This document shows, one piece after another, positions 36,881-48,200 of a stretch of 64,000 nt of DNA (within the stretch, counting starts at the first letter, position 1; every line of letters begins with the position of its first letter). The stretch is taken from positions 32,001 to 96,000 of the IMG/VR virus record IMGVR_UViG_3300027733_000034. One strand, 5' to 3'. The position numbers and the translations under genes are program-made. The notes beneath the pieces were generated by a model, which was given only the letters and a program-made list of their open reading frames with translations, was not told where the DNA came from and did not search any database. Source of the stretch: a virus.

Positions 36881-39355
36881 TTAAACTAACCAACTAGTTA
36901 TATCTGCTGGGTGTCTTGTTTGTATGTTAACGGGACCAGACCAATAGCTACTAGGATAACTGCATATCATATAAACTTTATTATATTTGTCTTTGATTAA
37001 CCAACCTACAACATGATTAATACCAGTCACAGCCTGAGCATCTACCACGTTTGGTACAGGAACTCTTGCAAAATTTGTAACAGAATCTTTTGCTCCAGTC
37101 CATTGTTCTGTGGTTAAAGCGCGCCAGCCTGCCAAATATAAATAACCATCTGTTCCTATAAAAGCAGAATTTGTGGGATTACTATCTATGCCATATTTTA
37201 TTAATTTGGCTGGAGTAATGCCTGCTAAAGAAGTTACTACAGTTGGAGTATTTCTCCAGGTAGTGTCTCCTAGACCCAAAGGACCATAACCATTATATCC
37301 CCAGGTGTATACTGTACCATTAGAAGTATATGCAAGACAATGAGTATAACTACCAGTTCCATAAATTGCCATATCTACAATACCAGATGTAAATGTGGCT
37401 ATTTTCATGAAAAGATTTCTATTAGTATTATTACCCACACCCAATTGACCGTAATCATTTAGTCCAACAGCATATACAGAATTGTCTGCTGTATAAACAT
37501 ACAAAGATTCATAACAAGAGGTGCTCTTTCTAAAAATTTTAGTAATATTATTAAATGGTGTACCTGGTAAATTGCCATTATTATTTAAACTTTTCTGAGC
37601 CACTACAAGCGTATTAGTTGTTTGGGCTGGAGAACCCGTGCCATTGCTGAACTGACCGTAATAATTTCCACCAGATGACCACAAGGTTCCATCAGTTTTA
37701 AGTACATGTAAGCAGGTGCGAGTCATTACTACTTGTTTTACTCCACTTTCAAATCCAGTAGGAGTTTTAATATTTTGCCAGTAATCCCAAGTACCATGTC
37801 CTAATTCTCCGTAATAATTAGTACCCCATGTATATAATTTACCACTAGAGTCTATGGCGGCTGTATTTGGCCAATCATAACTACCATGACTAGATGTTTC
37901 AAAATCTACTATAAATGATGAAATGGCTATTTTTTGAAAATAATAATTCCAATTACCTAGAGCATCTACTCCTATAAACCACAAGGTACCATCATCAAAC
38001 AGCACCATAGAATGAGCTCTGGTAGTTATCATCTTTATAACTTTGGTATTTGCAGGAAGTGTAAAGTTATAAAATCCATCAAATGGAATTTGCATAGGGG
38101 GCCATATGCTAGCATTATCATCTTTAGAAAAGAATCGATTATTGCCCCACATTATTACTCGATTGTCAGAAGTTACTACATTGGCTGTCCAGTGACTAGT
38201 GTGATTTTCGCCAAAAAATGCAACAGTTTTGGGTATACTGCTATAAGAAGTAATTTTTGTACCGTCTGCAAAGGTTATTCCACTAAGAGCACTTAAATTA
38301 CTTGTAACAGTTAAAGATCCGCTAATAGTTTGTATAGAACTTTGTGGTTGATTGGTTTTTATTACATTAATTGCAGATAACTGGTTGCTGTTGTTGACTA
38401 CAATGGTTTCTCCGTCGACGTTTGCTGCAACTGTAGAGCCATTTAAACAAACTCCTTGGCTAAAATTATAACCTAAACTTATTTTGTTTAAATTATTAAG
38501 TTTTATGGATGTATTATCGATGTTTGGAGTTACAACTTTGTCTGTACTGACACTCATTCCAGTACCAAAAGTGGTTATAGAAGATATCTGACCATTTATA
38601 ATTTTAATGGTGTTATTGTCTACTGCAGCTGAAATTGAGGTATATCCGGAACTAATGGTAGAATTGATGGTAAGTCCAGCTGATGGAATAAATCTAAATC
38701 GGCTAGCGGATGTCAATTCTACTAAATTAGATACCGGATTTATTTGAATAGAATTGTTGTCTACATTTAAATTTACACCATAGCAGATTGTTTGTGTTCC
38801 ACTTGAGGGATCAAAACTAGTTGCTAAATAAGAAGATTGCAAACCAGAATTGGATGCAAAACAATAAGAGTTTCTGCTAAATGTTGGCGGGTGTCCTACC
38901 ATGGCACACAAAGCATCAGTAATGGTTGCCAAGTTGACAGACATTCTTCCGTCATTGGCTATGCTTATAGTATTTGGATCTGTATAAACTTTTACTACAG
39001 TTCCATTCACCTGTAGCCCATCTGTAAAAGTATAATTACCACCTCCACCACCTCCACCTACGCCAGCATTATTAATACTTCCAGATATAGTTAAATTGCC
39101 ATGGATACAAGTGTTACCGTATATATCAGCTCCAAGAACATTTCCGCACGCCACAATTCCGGTGTAATTGCTTTTAAAAAATCCAGCAGAAGCACTGAGA
39201 GGAGCAATTGCACTTAAAGTACCGTTCAAAACAAACGGTCCCTGGAAAGGAGCTTCTGGACTTGCTATTGGGTCGTGTCCAGCATCTGGATTATCACTGC
39301 TAGAGTAAGTGTGATGATTTTGGCGATGGTACTTAGAATGAAAACGGTTACTCAT
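36881..39355 (-). CDS. fibre protein with RCC1/BLIP-II repeat propeller
   Basis: VDNNTIKI-type shaft repeats; LYTWGTNYYGELGHG, VYAVGLNDYGQLGVG, VYTWGYNGYGPLGLGDT. Confidence 0.82.
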   Translation of the reverse strand: MSNRFHSKYHRQNHHTYSSSDNPDAGHDPIASPEAPFQGPFVLNGTLSAIAPLSASAGFFKSNYTGIVACGNVLGADIYGNTCIHGNLTISGSINNAGVGGGGGGGNYTFTDGLQVNGTVVKVYTDPNTISIANDGRMSVNLATITDALCAMVGHPPTFSRNSYCFASNSGLQSSYLATSFDPSSGTQTICYGVNLNVDNNSIQINPVSNLVELTSASRFRFIPSAGLTINSTISSGYTSISAAVDNNTIKIINGQISSITTFGTGMSVSTDKVVTPNIDNTSIKLNNLNKISLGYNFSQGVCLNGSTVAANVDGETIVVNNSNQLSAINVIKTNQPQSSIQTISGSLTVTSNLSALSGITFADGTKITSYSSIPKTVAFFGENHTSHWTANVVTSDNRVIMWGNNRFFSKDDNASIWPPMQIPFDGFYNFTLPANTKVIKMITTRAHSMVLFDDGTLWFIGVDALGNWNYYFQKIAISSFIVDFETSSHGSYDWPNTAAIDSSGKLYTWGTNYYGELGHGTWDYWQNIKTPTGFESGVKQVVMTRTCLHVLKTDGTLWSSGGNYYGQFSNGTGSPAQTTNTLVVAQKSLNNNGNLPGTPFNNITKIFRKSTSCYESLYVYTADNSVYAVGLNDYGQLGVGNNTNRNLFMKIATFTSGIVDMAIYGTGSYTHCLAYTSNGTVYTWGYNGYGPLGLGDTTWRNTPTVVTSLAGITPAKLIKYGIDSNPTNSAFIGTDGYLYLAGWRALTTEQWTGAKDSVTNFARVPVPNVVDAQAVTGINHVVGWLIKDKYNKVYMICSYPSSYWSGPVNIQTRHPADITSWLV

Positions 39356-39381
39356 AACAAATGTGGGATGTAATATTTACC

Positions 39382-42300
39382 TTATTCGTCCAAGGGATTA
39401 GGTGTGCTGTTACAGCAATCAGAACTAGCGTTGTTCCAGGTTTTAGTCCATCCTTCACTAGAATCATAATTTATAGGAAAAGAAGATTCCAATTCTCGAT
39501 AGGTGATGGGATTTACATTACATATTCTTATGGATGGTAGGGATAGATTGTAACAAGACATAGCATTCCAAGACCAACAAAATCCCTGTGGGCATATTAC
39601 AGATACACCAGCTCCTTCTACTTTAAAATCAGGTAAGAAAAGAGGTGAAATATCTAAAAATTGTTTGATAGATAATATAGAGTCGTAAATTTTGTCTATT
39701 TCTCTATTTAAAATTTGAGGAAGATGAAATTCATTTACACCCACAGAGACGGTGTCTTTCTCTACATCTTTGTGTAAGGATGGTTGTTCTGTAATTGATA
39801 CCGGTATCTGAGCATAATAGGTAACTATTCCAACGGAAAGTCTTTCTGTAACTTTAGAAAATTTTCCATTAAGATTATTTCTGAAAGTTTTTATATTCTG
39901 AGAAATTCTCTTCAAAGATTTATTGTAAGAAATATCTGAAGCAAAATCGTCTTTTTTTAATAATATTTGTTCTTCAGACCACATATTTGTCGGCAAACCT
40001 TGGCCAATACGAAACAAATCTACCACATCTTGAATTTTTACAATAGCTTGTGGAATAGCCATTAATAAATTACGGTAGGAAGATTTTTTAATGGTTAGGG
40101 GATTATATGTAAGAGGAGAAGTTCCTATATACACTCCAAGAGCACTATATTTAAACAATAAACCACCTCTACCATTAGAAGCAATGATGTATAAAAATTC
40201 ACCAGCTTCGTCCAAAGTCATTTTGGTTATAACTGCATTTGGATAATAGATACTAATTTCTGATAAAGATTTTACATATAACGGGGAAGGAGATGAAATA
40301 TCAAAAACATATAAATTATGGTTTTCAGAAATCGTATAACACATTCCGTCAAAATGAGTGGCTAGATATTCTGGTCTATCTGTTTCAAATTTTTCTGTAT
40401 AATAGGTGTGAATCCAATTTAGATCACTAGTAAATTCTTTGACACATTTATTATTATAATCCAAAACAAATACATTGTTTTCAGACAAAGATAAATCTGA
40501 TGGAGCAGAAAATCTACTAGAATCATTTCGTCCACCAAATCCTCCGACATTGATAGATATATTAATGGTTTGTGATTCTATGTCTATATTTAAACTATAA
40601 AGTTTATTAGATGGTGGGTCTAATATATACATTATTCCATTTTCATCCACTTCCATGTTAGTTGGTCTTACAAATTGATTTACAAAAGATGGAGTATTGG
40701 TGAATATTATTTCTTGTGGTTTATAGTTTTTATTTAAAAACATTCTAACATTAAAATAATCATCTAAAACATATAGATAATCTCCAGAAGAAGAAATATC
40801 TATTATGTTATTAAAGAACTGCACAGTACTATCTTTATAAACATTATTATTTATATAACTAAATGTAGTTGGAGACGCATAATATTTGCCACCAAAATAT
40901 TTGTTATGCCAGCGAATACCAAATCCTTTTTTTGTAGCATTGCATCCAAGCCATCCATAATAAACGGTTGGAAAATCACTATTGATGGATTGAGTGCTGT
41001 CTTGAAGTTTGGTTAAATTGTCACTTAATCTTTTTAAAGAAGTGTTAAAGATATCTGCTACTCCCCATTCATTGGGTTGGATGTGAGTTTGCTCTCGAGT
41101 CCATGGCAAATCTATAATCTCCTCATTAAGATCTCTTAAATGAGTTTGATTATATTCTGACCATTTGGATTTAATTATGATTGGTTCGGCTAAGGTGCCT
41201 ATTTTAGTAGCTCCATCTTGATAGACAGCTTCATAATCTATAAAATATGTCCCAGGCTGGGTGTATGTGTGTTCTGCTAATCCTCCTTTGTAGGAAATTA
41301 CACCATCTGTGGCGTTTTCACCAAAATATGTTCTATAAAAAAGAATATTATTATCATCTACTTCCGCTGGTGAGGTATATGCAACTGATATTGGAGCTCC
41401 GGTGATGGATATAAAATTTGAAACAAAAATAGAGGGAGATACTGCGGTGGCAAATGCTGTGAATGTTCTCCATCTATTATCCCCACTTAATGGATAAATT
41501 CTTTGACTAAATACTGGATTCCATAAATCACCTCCTTGTGGCCAAACTCCGGATGAATAATTACTGAAAGTAGAGCTTGGAATTGTGAATGGAATATTAG
41601 TACTGTATAAAGATATGCTCAATCTGTTGATTTGCTCTTCTGTTAGATAACCAGGTTCATAGGGATCTCCTATTTGTAAATTAATTGTTTGAGTTCCAGT
41701 GGTTGCTGGAACTGTTACTAAATAAGAATCTGGCCAAAGTGTACTTTTAAGAGCATAGGTAGCAGTTCCTCCACTAACTGGAATTACTGGTGAGGTAGAA
41801 TCCGCAGCACTTATAAATTGTGTCAAAGAAATATATCTCTTATAATCTAAATCTATCTTAGTTGAATCTAGAGTATAAGAAAAAAGAACACCTGTATTAA
41901 AGTTTACTAGTGTTGGATTTTTTTCAAAAGAATTTACACCAGTTGTGGATGGTAAAACAGAACTTGCAGTAAGGTTAAAATTATACATCCTTAATTCTCC
42001 ACCCACACTAGACGGTTTAACATACTGAAAAGGTGTAGTCTGCGGATACATCTGTCCATATGCTGTTAAAGATATAGTTAGACCGTCATTTGAGAGAAAC
42101 TCTGGAGTATACGGTAGAGATATTAGAGTTGCTGAAGGGGATTTTAGTGTGGATAAAAAGGTTTTTTGAGATCCAATACTATAGTCGTACTCTGTCATTA
42201 TCTTGTTGGCACTGACATAAAAATTTTGACTACTAGATTTCTTATTATTATATGCCGTAGGAGCATTTGCTAATGTATAATTGCTAGCACTTAGCAAAAC

Positions 42301-45198
42301 TGCCCTTGTTCCACTCCAACAATACTCTGGGTATGTAATAAATTTTAATGGAGTATAAAATTCAGATGAATTTGGGGTATAAATCGTAGCAGTTGTTGCT
42401 ATATTATGATATGCTGGAATTTTAAAATCTACATTTTCTATTAAATTGGGATCTTGCCATCCTACCGCATAGGCACTTAAGGCACATAATGTAACTATGG
42501 TAGTATTAATATTTGCAGAAGTAATTGCAAAATTTAAAGTGGGATGTTTGCCGTAAAGTGATGAAATTAATAGAGTGTGTCCAGTGTTGTCAGAAACACT
42601 CCATACATAAGTAGTGCTTAAAGATACGTCAGATGTGCTATAAGAAGACAGAGAAAATACATTTGTGTTGTCATTTGGTCTGGTCAGAATGTATTGATTT
42701 AAAGTGGTGTCTAATATGGTTGCAGATATAGAGTTATATCCGGTATATGATATAGTAAAATCTGAATTCAAAAGATCCCTGGACGGAAATTCATCTACAT
42801 AAAAACTATAATTGGTTTTGAATAAATTATTTTGAGAATGACACATTAAAACCATTTCCACTTCATTAACATCTGGTAATTGTGTTGAGTATCCCGGAGT
42901 CACCTCTACAAAAATAGAACTAAGTTGAGTTGCTGGTAGTATGGTTCCGTAACTATATGGAGTGAGAGAACCGCCGCTTCCGTAGTAATATACACTAATT
43001 GGTGTTAACTCTGGTTGTAATATGGATGCATATTTCCAAGACCAGGACAAAGAGGTGCCAGTCGGAAACTGATACACTTTGCCGTGATAAGGTACTAACG
43101 CAGATAAACCTATGGTTCTAATTTTATTTAAATTGTTAAAAATTTTATTAGGTCCTATAAGAAATCTTTTTTCATCAAACGGATTTTGAATGGCAGAGTT
43201 GGATTGTAAGGTGGTTACTTCATTATACTTCTGAGAAGATAGTTGAATGGTAATGGTATTCAATCCAAAGTCACTAAATCTTACATAAGATGTTTGCGCA
43301 GAAAATAAAATTGGTACATTAGCAGATAAGGATTTAATAATGTTTCCACTGAGGTCTAAAGAACTTAATGTAGCACCTAAACCAGATGGTGAATAACTCC
43401 AAGTAATATAAGAATTTCTTAAATCTCTAGTAGGCCATTGAGGTGCTGCTGTCAACATATTACAAGATACCTCAAAAGTGGCGCCAGTTTGATTGATTGG
43501 ATTTAAAAATATAGGAGATCCGGTATAACTTTGAGTTTGGTTTTTTGCTATAGTTATTACTGTAGGCAATTTAGAAGTAATCCAACCACCAGCAGAACTT
43601 AATGTAGATCTCAATACTAAAGTAGCCTCTCCATAGGGAGTGTGTGGATAATCTATGGTTAAGTCTACTCCAGATAATACCGGAACCCATGGAGAAAATT
43701 TTAAATTATATGGGTCTTTGTTTGGTCCGTAATATACATTAATAGCACTTAGGTCTAATAAAAAAGAATCAGATAATAATTCATATTTTATATATTCTTT
43801 TACATTATTATTTTTAAGATCATATTTTAGCAATCCGTAATCTGAACTTATAAAAGAAGATAAAACAACGGTTTGAGAATTTGCAGAAACTGCTGATGTA
43901 ATTAAGCTAAAAGTTAAATAACATGAATCTGTTAAATTATTAAATCCAAGTTTTGGAGCTGATAAAGATAACTGATAAGAATAGTAATGAGGAGGATACT
44001 TAGTAATTGTTTGTATACTCTTGTTAGCAACTGTCGGTGAAATTGGAACATTTAAATCATAACCAAGAGAATTAATATAAAAGGCACTAAGAGTAGAATT
44101 TACAGTTTCTAAAGAATATAATAAAATTGGACTATCGGATATAAAATCTAATCCAAGGAAAGATCCGGGTCTTCCGGTTACATCACTATATATTGTTTTA
44201 TTAACATAATGATACCGGCTATAATAATTAACTGTAGAGGAAGACAGATCTACTACTGCACTTAATATGCAATTGCTTGCATCTCCAAGATTAGAGATAG
44301 TGTCACCCAAGGCTCTAAATTGTAGTAATTGAAATGCCTGACGATTGCTAGATAAACTTTGATTATTAAGAATATAAGAACTTTTAAAAGAATGAGGAAG
44401 TTCAGGGTGGGTATCTATACGATCTTGGCCAAGAGTCAAAACACCGTCATACGCAGAATATGTTACAGAATATGTTACACACGGAGAATCTGGTCTTATC
44501 TTCGACTTAATAGTGGTATCTTCCAAAGCCCGAACAGAATTATACGGGTTGTTGATAGGTGAAAAAATAATGACGGGATAGTTAATTCGTTGTCTGCAAG
44601 AACTTAAGCTAAAAACATAAGAAGTATCGGATGTAGTTGGAAGAGGACTGAATGTGGGTCCGTTGTTTAAAAAATCATAATGTTGGCTATATGCCAATGC
44701 CTCTGAAGCAGAGGATTTAAAAAAATAGGTAGTGTGATCTGTTACTACTGCAGAAGTGGTTAGGGTCCAAGAACTAATATTTTTAACTAAAGAAACTGGT
44801 TTGAGAAATAATCTAGAAGGATAAAGAGAATAGGCATATTCTCTTTTAAAAGCAGCTTCTGCTCCCGGGTTAATATTTACGTAAAAATAATTAAACTGAT
44901 GACCTATATTATATTTTGTGCGGTGACTAGATAAATCCCATACAAAGGATGCTCCTGTGTCTGTATTAATTATATATTGACTAGTTTGATTGGAAAAAAA
45001 GTAAGATGCTTTGTCGTAATAAACTGTATTAACATTTTCTACTTCGTTGATAGGCACGTTGCTGAGCCTGAGTAAATTTTCAGCTGGAAGTTCTCCAAGT
45101 CGTGGTTCTATAAGTTGAGAACTAGGAGAAATTCTGTAGGTTTCTGTGGGCCAGGTACCTAATTTTTCAATTAAAAAAGCGGAGTCAGCAGCTGCCAT
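39382..45198 (-). CDS. very large baseplate/virion protein with PKD and NHL-like repeats
   Basis: YFGE...HTYTQPGTY; GGFGGRNDSSRFSAPSDL..NVFVLDYNNKCVKEF; Cys-rich C-terminus. Confidence 0.7.
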   Translation of the reverse strand: MAAADSAFLIEKLGTWPTETYRISPSSQLIEPRLGELPAENLLRLSNVPINEVENVNTVYYDKASYFFSNQTSQYIINTDTGASFVWDLSSHRTKYNIGHQFNYFYVNINPGAEAAFKREYAYSLYPSRLFLKPVSLVKNISSWTLTTSAVVTDHTTYFFKSSASEALAYSQHYDFLNNGPTFSPLPTTSDTSYVFSLSSCRQRINYPVIIFSPINNPYNSVRALEDTTIKSKIRPDSPCVTYSVTYSAYDGVLTLGQDRIDTHPELPHSFKSSYILNNQSLSSNRQAFQLLQFRALGDTISNLGDASNCILSAVVDLSSSTVNYYSRYHYVNKTIYSDVTGRPGSFLGLDFISDSPILLYSLETVNSTLSAFYINSLGYDLNVPISPTVANKSIQTITKYPPHYYSYQLSLSAPKLGFNNLTDSCYLTFSLITSAVSANSQTVVLSSFISSDYGLLKYDLKNNNVKEYIKYELLSDSFLLDLSAINVYYGPNKDPYNLKFSPWVPVLSGVDLTIDYPHTPYGEATLVLRSTLSSAGGWITSKLPTVITIAKNQTQSYTGSPIFLNPINQTGATFEVSCNMLTAAPQWPTRDLRNSYITWSYSPSGLGATLSSLDLSGNIIKSLSANVPILFSAQTSYVRFSDFGLNTITIQLSSQKYNEVTTLQSNSAIQNPFDEKRFLIGPNKIFNNLNKIRTIGLSALVPYHGKVYQFPTGTSLSWSWKYASILQPELTPISVYYYGSGGSLTPYSYGTILPATQLSSIFVEVTPGYSTQLPDVNEVEMVLMCHSQNNLFKTNYSFYVDEFPSRDLLNSDFTISYTGYNSISATILDTTLNQYILTRPNDNTNVFSLSSYSTSDVSLSTTYVWSVSDNTGHTLLISSLYGKHPTLNFAITSANINTTIVTLCALSAYAVGWQDPNLIENVDFKIPAYHNIATTATIYTPNSSEFYTPLKFITYPEYCWSGTRAVLLSASNYTLANAPTAYNNKKSSSQNFYVSANKIMTEYDYSIGSQKTFLSTLKSPSATLISLPYTPEFLSNDGLTISLTAYGQMYPQTTPFQYVKPSSVGGELRMYNFNLTASSVLPSTTGVNSFEKNPTLVNFNTGVLFSYTLDSTKIDLDYKRYISLTQFISAADSTSPVIPVSGGTATYALKSTLWPDSYLVTVPATTGTQTINLQIGDPYEPGYLTEEQINRLSISLYSTNIPFTIPSSTFSNYSSGVWPQGGDLWNPVFSQRIYPLSGDNRWRTFTAFATAVSPSIFVSNFISITGAPISVAYTSPAEVDDNNILFYRTYFGENATDGVISYKGGLAEHTYTQPGTYFIDYEAVYQDGATKIGTLAEPIIIKSKWSEYNQTHLRDLNEEIIDLPWTREQTHIQPNEWGVADIFNTSLKRLSDNLTKLQDSTQSINSDFPTVYYGWLGCNATKKGFGIRWHNKYFGGKYYASPTTFSYINNNVYKDSTVQFFNNIIDISSSGDYLYVLDDYFNVRMFLNKNYKPQEIIFTNTPSFVNQFVRPTNMEVDENGIMYILDPPSNKLYSLNIDIESQTINISINVGGFGGRNDSSRFSAPSDLSLSENNVFVLDYNNKCVKEFTSDLNWIHTYYTEKFETDRPEYLATHFDGMCYTISENHNLYVFDISSPSPLYVKSLSEISIYYPNAVITKMTLDEAGEFLYIIASNGRGGLLFKYSALGVYIGTSPLTYNPLTIKKSSYRNLLMAIPQAIVKIQDVVDLFRIGQGLPTNMWSEEQILLKKDDFASDISYNKSLKRISQNIKTFRNNLNGKFSKVTERLSVGIVTYYAQIPVSITEQPSLHKDVEKDTVSVGVNEFHLPQILNREIDKIYDSILSIKQFLDISPLFLPDFKVEGAGVSVICPQGFCWSWNAMSCYNLSLPSIRICNVNPITYRELESSFPINYDSSEGWTKTWNNASSDCCNSTPNPLDE

Positions 45199-45221
45199 GG
45201 CAATAATACTTAGAATGAAAT

Positions 45222-48200
45222 TTAATAGTTCAACAAATTTAATCCCTTGTATAATTCATAGGTTAATAGAGTCTCGTATATTCCCTCATTACCCTGCCAT
45301 TCTTCCTTGGAAGAAGTGTTGTAATTAATGGTGGTAAATGGATTTTCCCAATCTATTATTCCCTCAAGAGTTTTTCCTTCACTTAAGGTAATATATTTGT
45401 AAAATTCATAATATTCAGTCCAATTTTGCGGCAAATTAAGATATGATGCTAACATATTGGTTGAATAAAGTGTAAAATTATTAATATTTCCAGTATAAAT
45501 GAGTTGGTATTCATCTATACTTTTATTTTTTAATATAACAGGTTCACCGGCAGAAATTCCCATAGAAGAGGTGTATATTGGACCTTTGTTGAACGCTTCT
45601 ATTTGCTGCCCAGGAATACTTTTGAAAAAATACTTTCTCGAATCTTTAGCACCTCGAAGTCTACTTTGATTAATGCTAATTAAATTCATTAATCTTTTTA
45701 TAGACTCAGGATAGGTAAACAAAAAATCATCTGTGTTTAAATCTACCATTTGAGATAAACTATATAGCTGATCTATATTGCAAGTATCTATGTCTACATT
45801 ATTACTGGTAAAATTGGCAATTTTTTCATATATGTCCGTGCCCAAATCACCGGCTTTATTTCCTAAAATACTAGCAAAAAAATCATCAAATAAAACAGGG
45901 CTGTCCTGTAAAATTGGCATAAAGGCTAATTTTTTCATATAAGAAGCCATATCAAAGTCTTCATTTATCTTGGCTAATCCATAGGCATAAGAATTATCTG
46001 CATAAAAATCTAATGGTCTAGATATTCCCGAAACGGAAAAATATTTTGTAGATTTTTCTATAGAAGAAAGATACTTTAACCCAAATTTGTTCGTCCATCT
46101 AAATCCAGACCAATCTCCATTAGCCTGTAAAGATTTATTACCTCTGCCATATGCTAATGCATTTTTATTATTTGCATCTAAATAATGTACAAAACCTTGA
46201 GGATTGATGACAAAGCTATCCACAATAGACACACTGTCGTTGTCTAAAAGATATACGCAATTTTCTATAGAATTAATAACATAAATTTTTCCAGCCAAAT
46301 CTGAACATATGCCCTCTAATACATGGGTTTCTGCGTTTAAATATGAATTAGCTGTAAACAATTCAACAGTTTGAGTCGAATATAATTCGTTACCGGATAT
46401 ATCATTTGTTACTGTTATCTTGGATACAGATCGATAATCATGAGTAAACCATAGGTTTTGGTTATTGTCTATAGTTAAATTATTAATGTTTTGATAAGGT
46501 CCGAATCGAGAAAGTCCGCCAGGGGCACTAGACAATAGGGTTAAAGTAGAATTACGCCTTTCTATATAACCTAAATTGTCGCCTTGATTAAACGGTAAAG
46601 ATATCCAAACATTTCGATTGTTATCACAAACAATCTCTGAAGGAGTGGATAAAGCTGGTAAAGATATAGCATATAATATAGAAAAATCATCTGCTTTATA
46701 TTGAACAATAAAACTGCTCAAAGGATTTGAATAGCAAATAAAAATATTGTCATTTATATCAATATCTAAAAATGTCGGTTCTATGAATATTTCATCAGTC
46801 AAAAAACTGGTTAATGTTGGAAAGTAACTTTCTGCACACAACCATGGAACAAAACTGCTTAAACTGCTGGAAGAAGAAAAAACAAATGAAGATGGGTTTA
46901 TGGCTGTTAAGAAATTACCATAACTATCTAGTTTTATAGATGTCACTGAGTCACTTAACGTTAACCATATATTTTGTTGGCTATCTAAACTCATTGCTAT
47001 AGGATATGTGGTTGTTCCGGTTATTCCTAAATTTGTGGTAACTAAATCATTTATATCTATAGCACTTAATATATCTCCTTTAGAATCTATTCTATATAAA
47101 TAACTAAGTTCAGAGTCTAACATCCAAGCTTGGTAGTATGGATATGGTAACGCAGCAATGCTGTATATTCCATGAAAACCACTCAGTCCATTAGTTACCA
47201 CTGGCATTTCAAAGGATTGTTGAACAATCGGAGGTACTATCAAGGATGATAATAAATTGACTCTACTGTATTGAGCGACAGTTACAGAGCCGTTTTCTGG
47301 GTTAGAAAGCCATAATAGAGGATTAAAAAAGTTTGCAGTCAATGGTGGCATTGCTGCGGATAAATGAGCTGTAATGCAAACACCTAAAGTATTAACGTTT
47401 TCTGCATCAAATTGTCCTTTATAATATCCAGGAGTTTTATAGTTAGAGTAATCTGTCCAGTTAAAATACGGTTCTGGGTCAAATGTAGCACTCAAACCAA
47501 TCAGACCCACTTCTATAGGAAAATTGTCTTCGTTTTTTAATGGAAAACTATGAACAAAATAAGAAGAATCTGAAGGAAATTTAAAATTATTTTCTGATAA
47601 CCACGGATCGTCTAAAGTTATCGGAGAATATGTAGCATTGACTATGATAGGTACCTTGGATGTAGACCAACGAGGATTTGCATGTTCTCTGATTCCGTTT
47701 TCGGTTATTTTTAAAATATCTGGAGTTTTCCAAGTCTGAACATACGGGCAAACCGCAACAGCTTTGCTATTAGCATAGCTAGGTAAAAAATTTAAAGATT
47801 CTGTTTGTAGTGTATAATCTTTAGAATTGTCTGTTAACAATGTAGCCAGTATGGTTGTATAATCTGAAGAAGAAGATGCAACATCCATATTATACAAATC
47901 ATCTGAGAAATAAAACTCAGCATATCCACTGACTCCAGCGACATAAGATCCGGTAGGATTTAATTTACCCGCAGAATTAGAGTGTAATATGGTATCTATA
48001 GTTTTTATAGTTTGGATTTGATTACCATTTAAATCATAAAAACGAGTCTCGGGTCTGAGAAAATTCCATTTAGTACCAGAACCTGGATTACTAGAGCGAG
48101 AAAATAAAGTTGATAATTGTATAAAATGATCTTTAGTGTCGGGAGAAGTAATAACCAATTTAAACGGATAAGCATTTAAAAATCCTGCGTGAGTGGGCGG

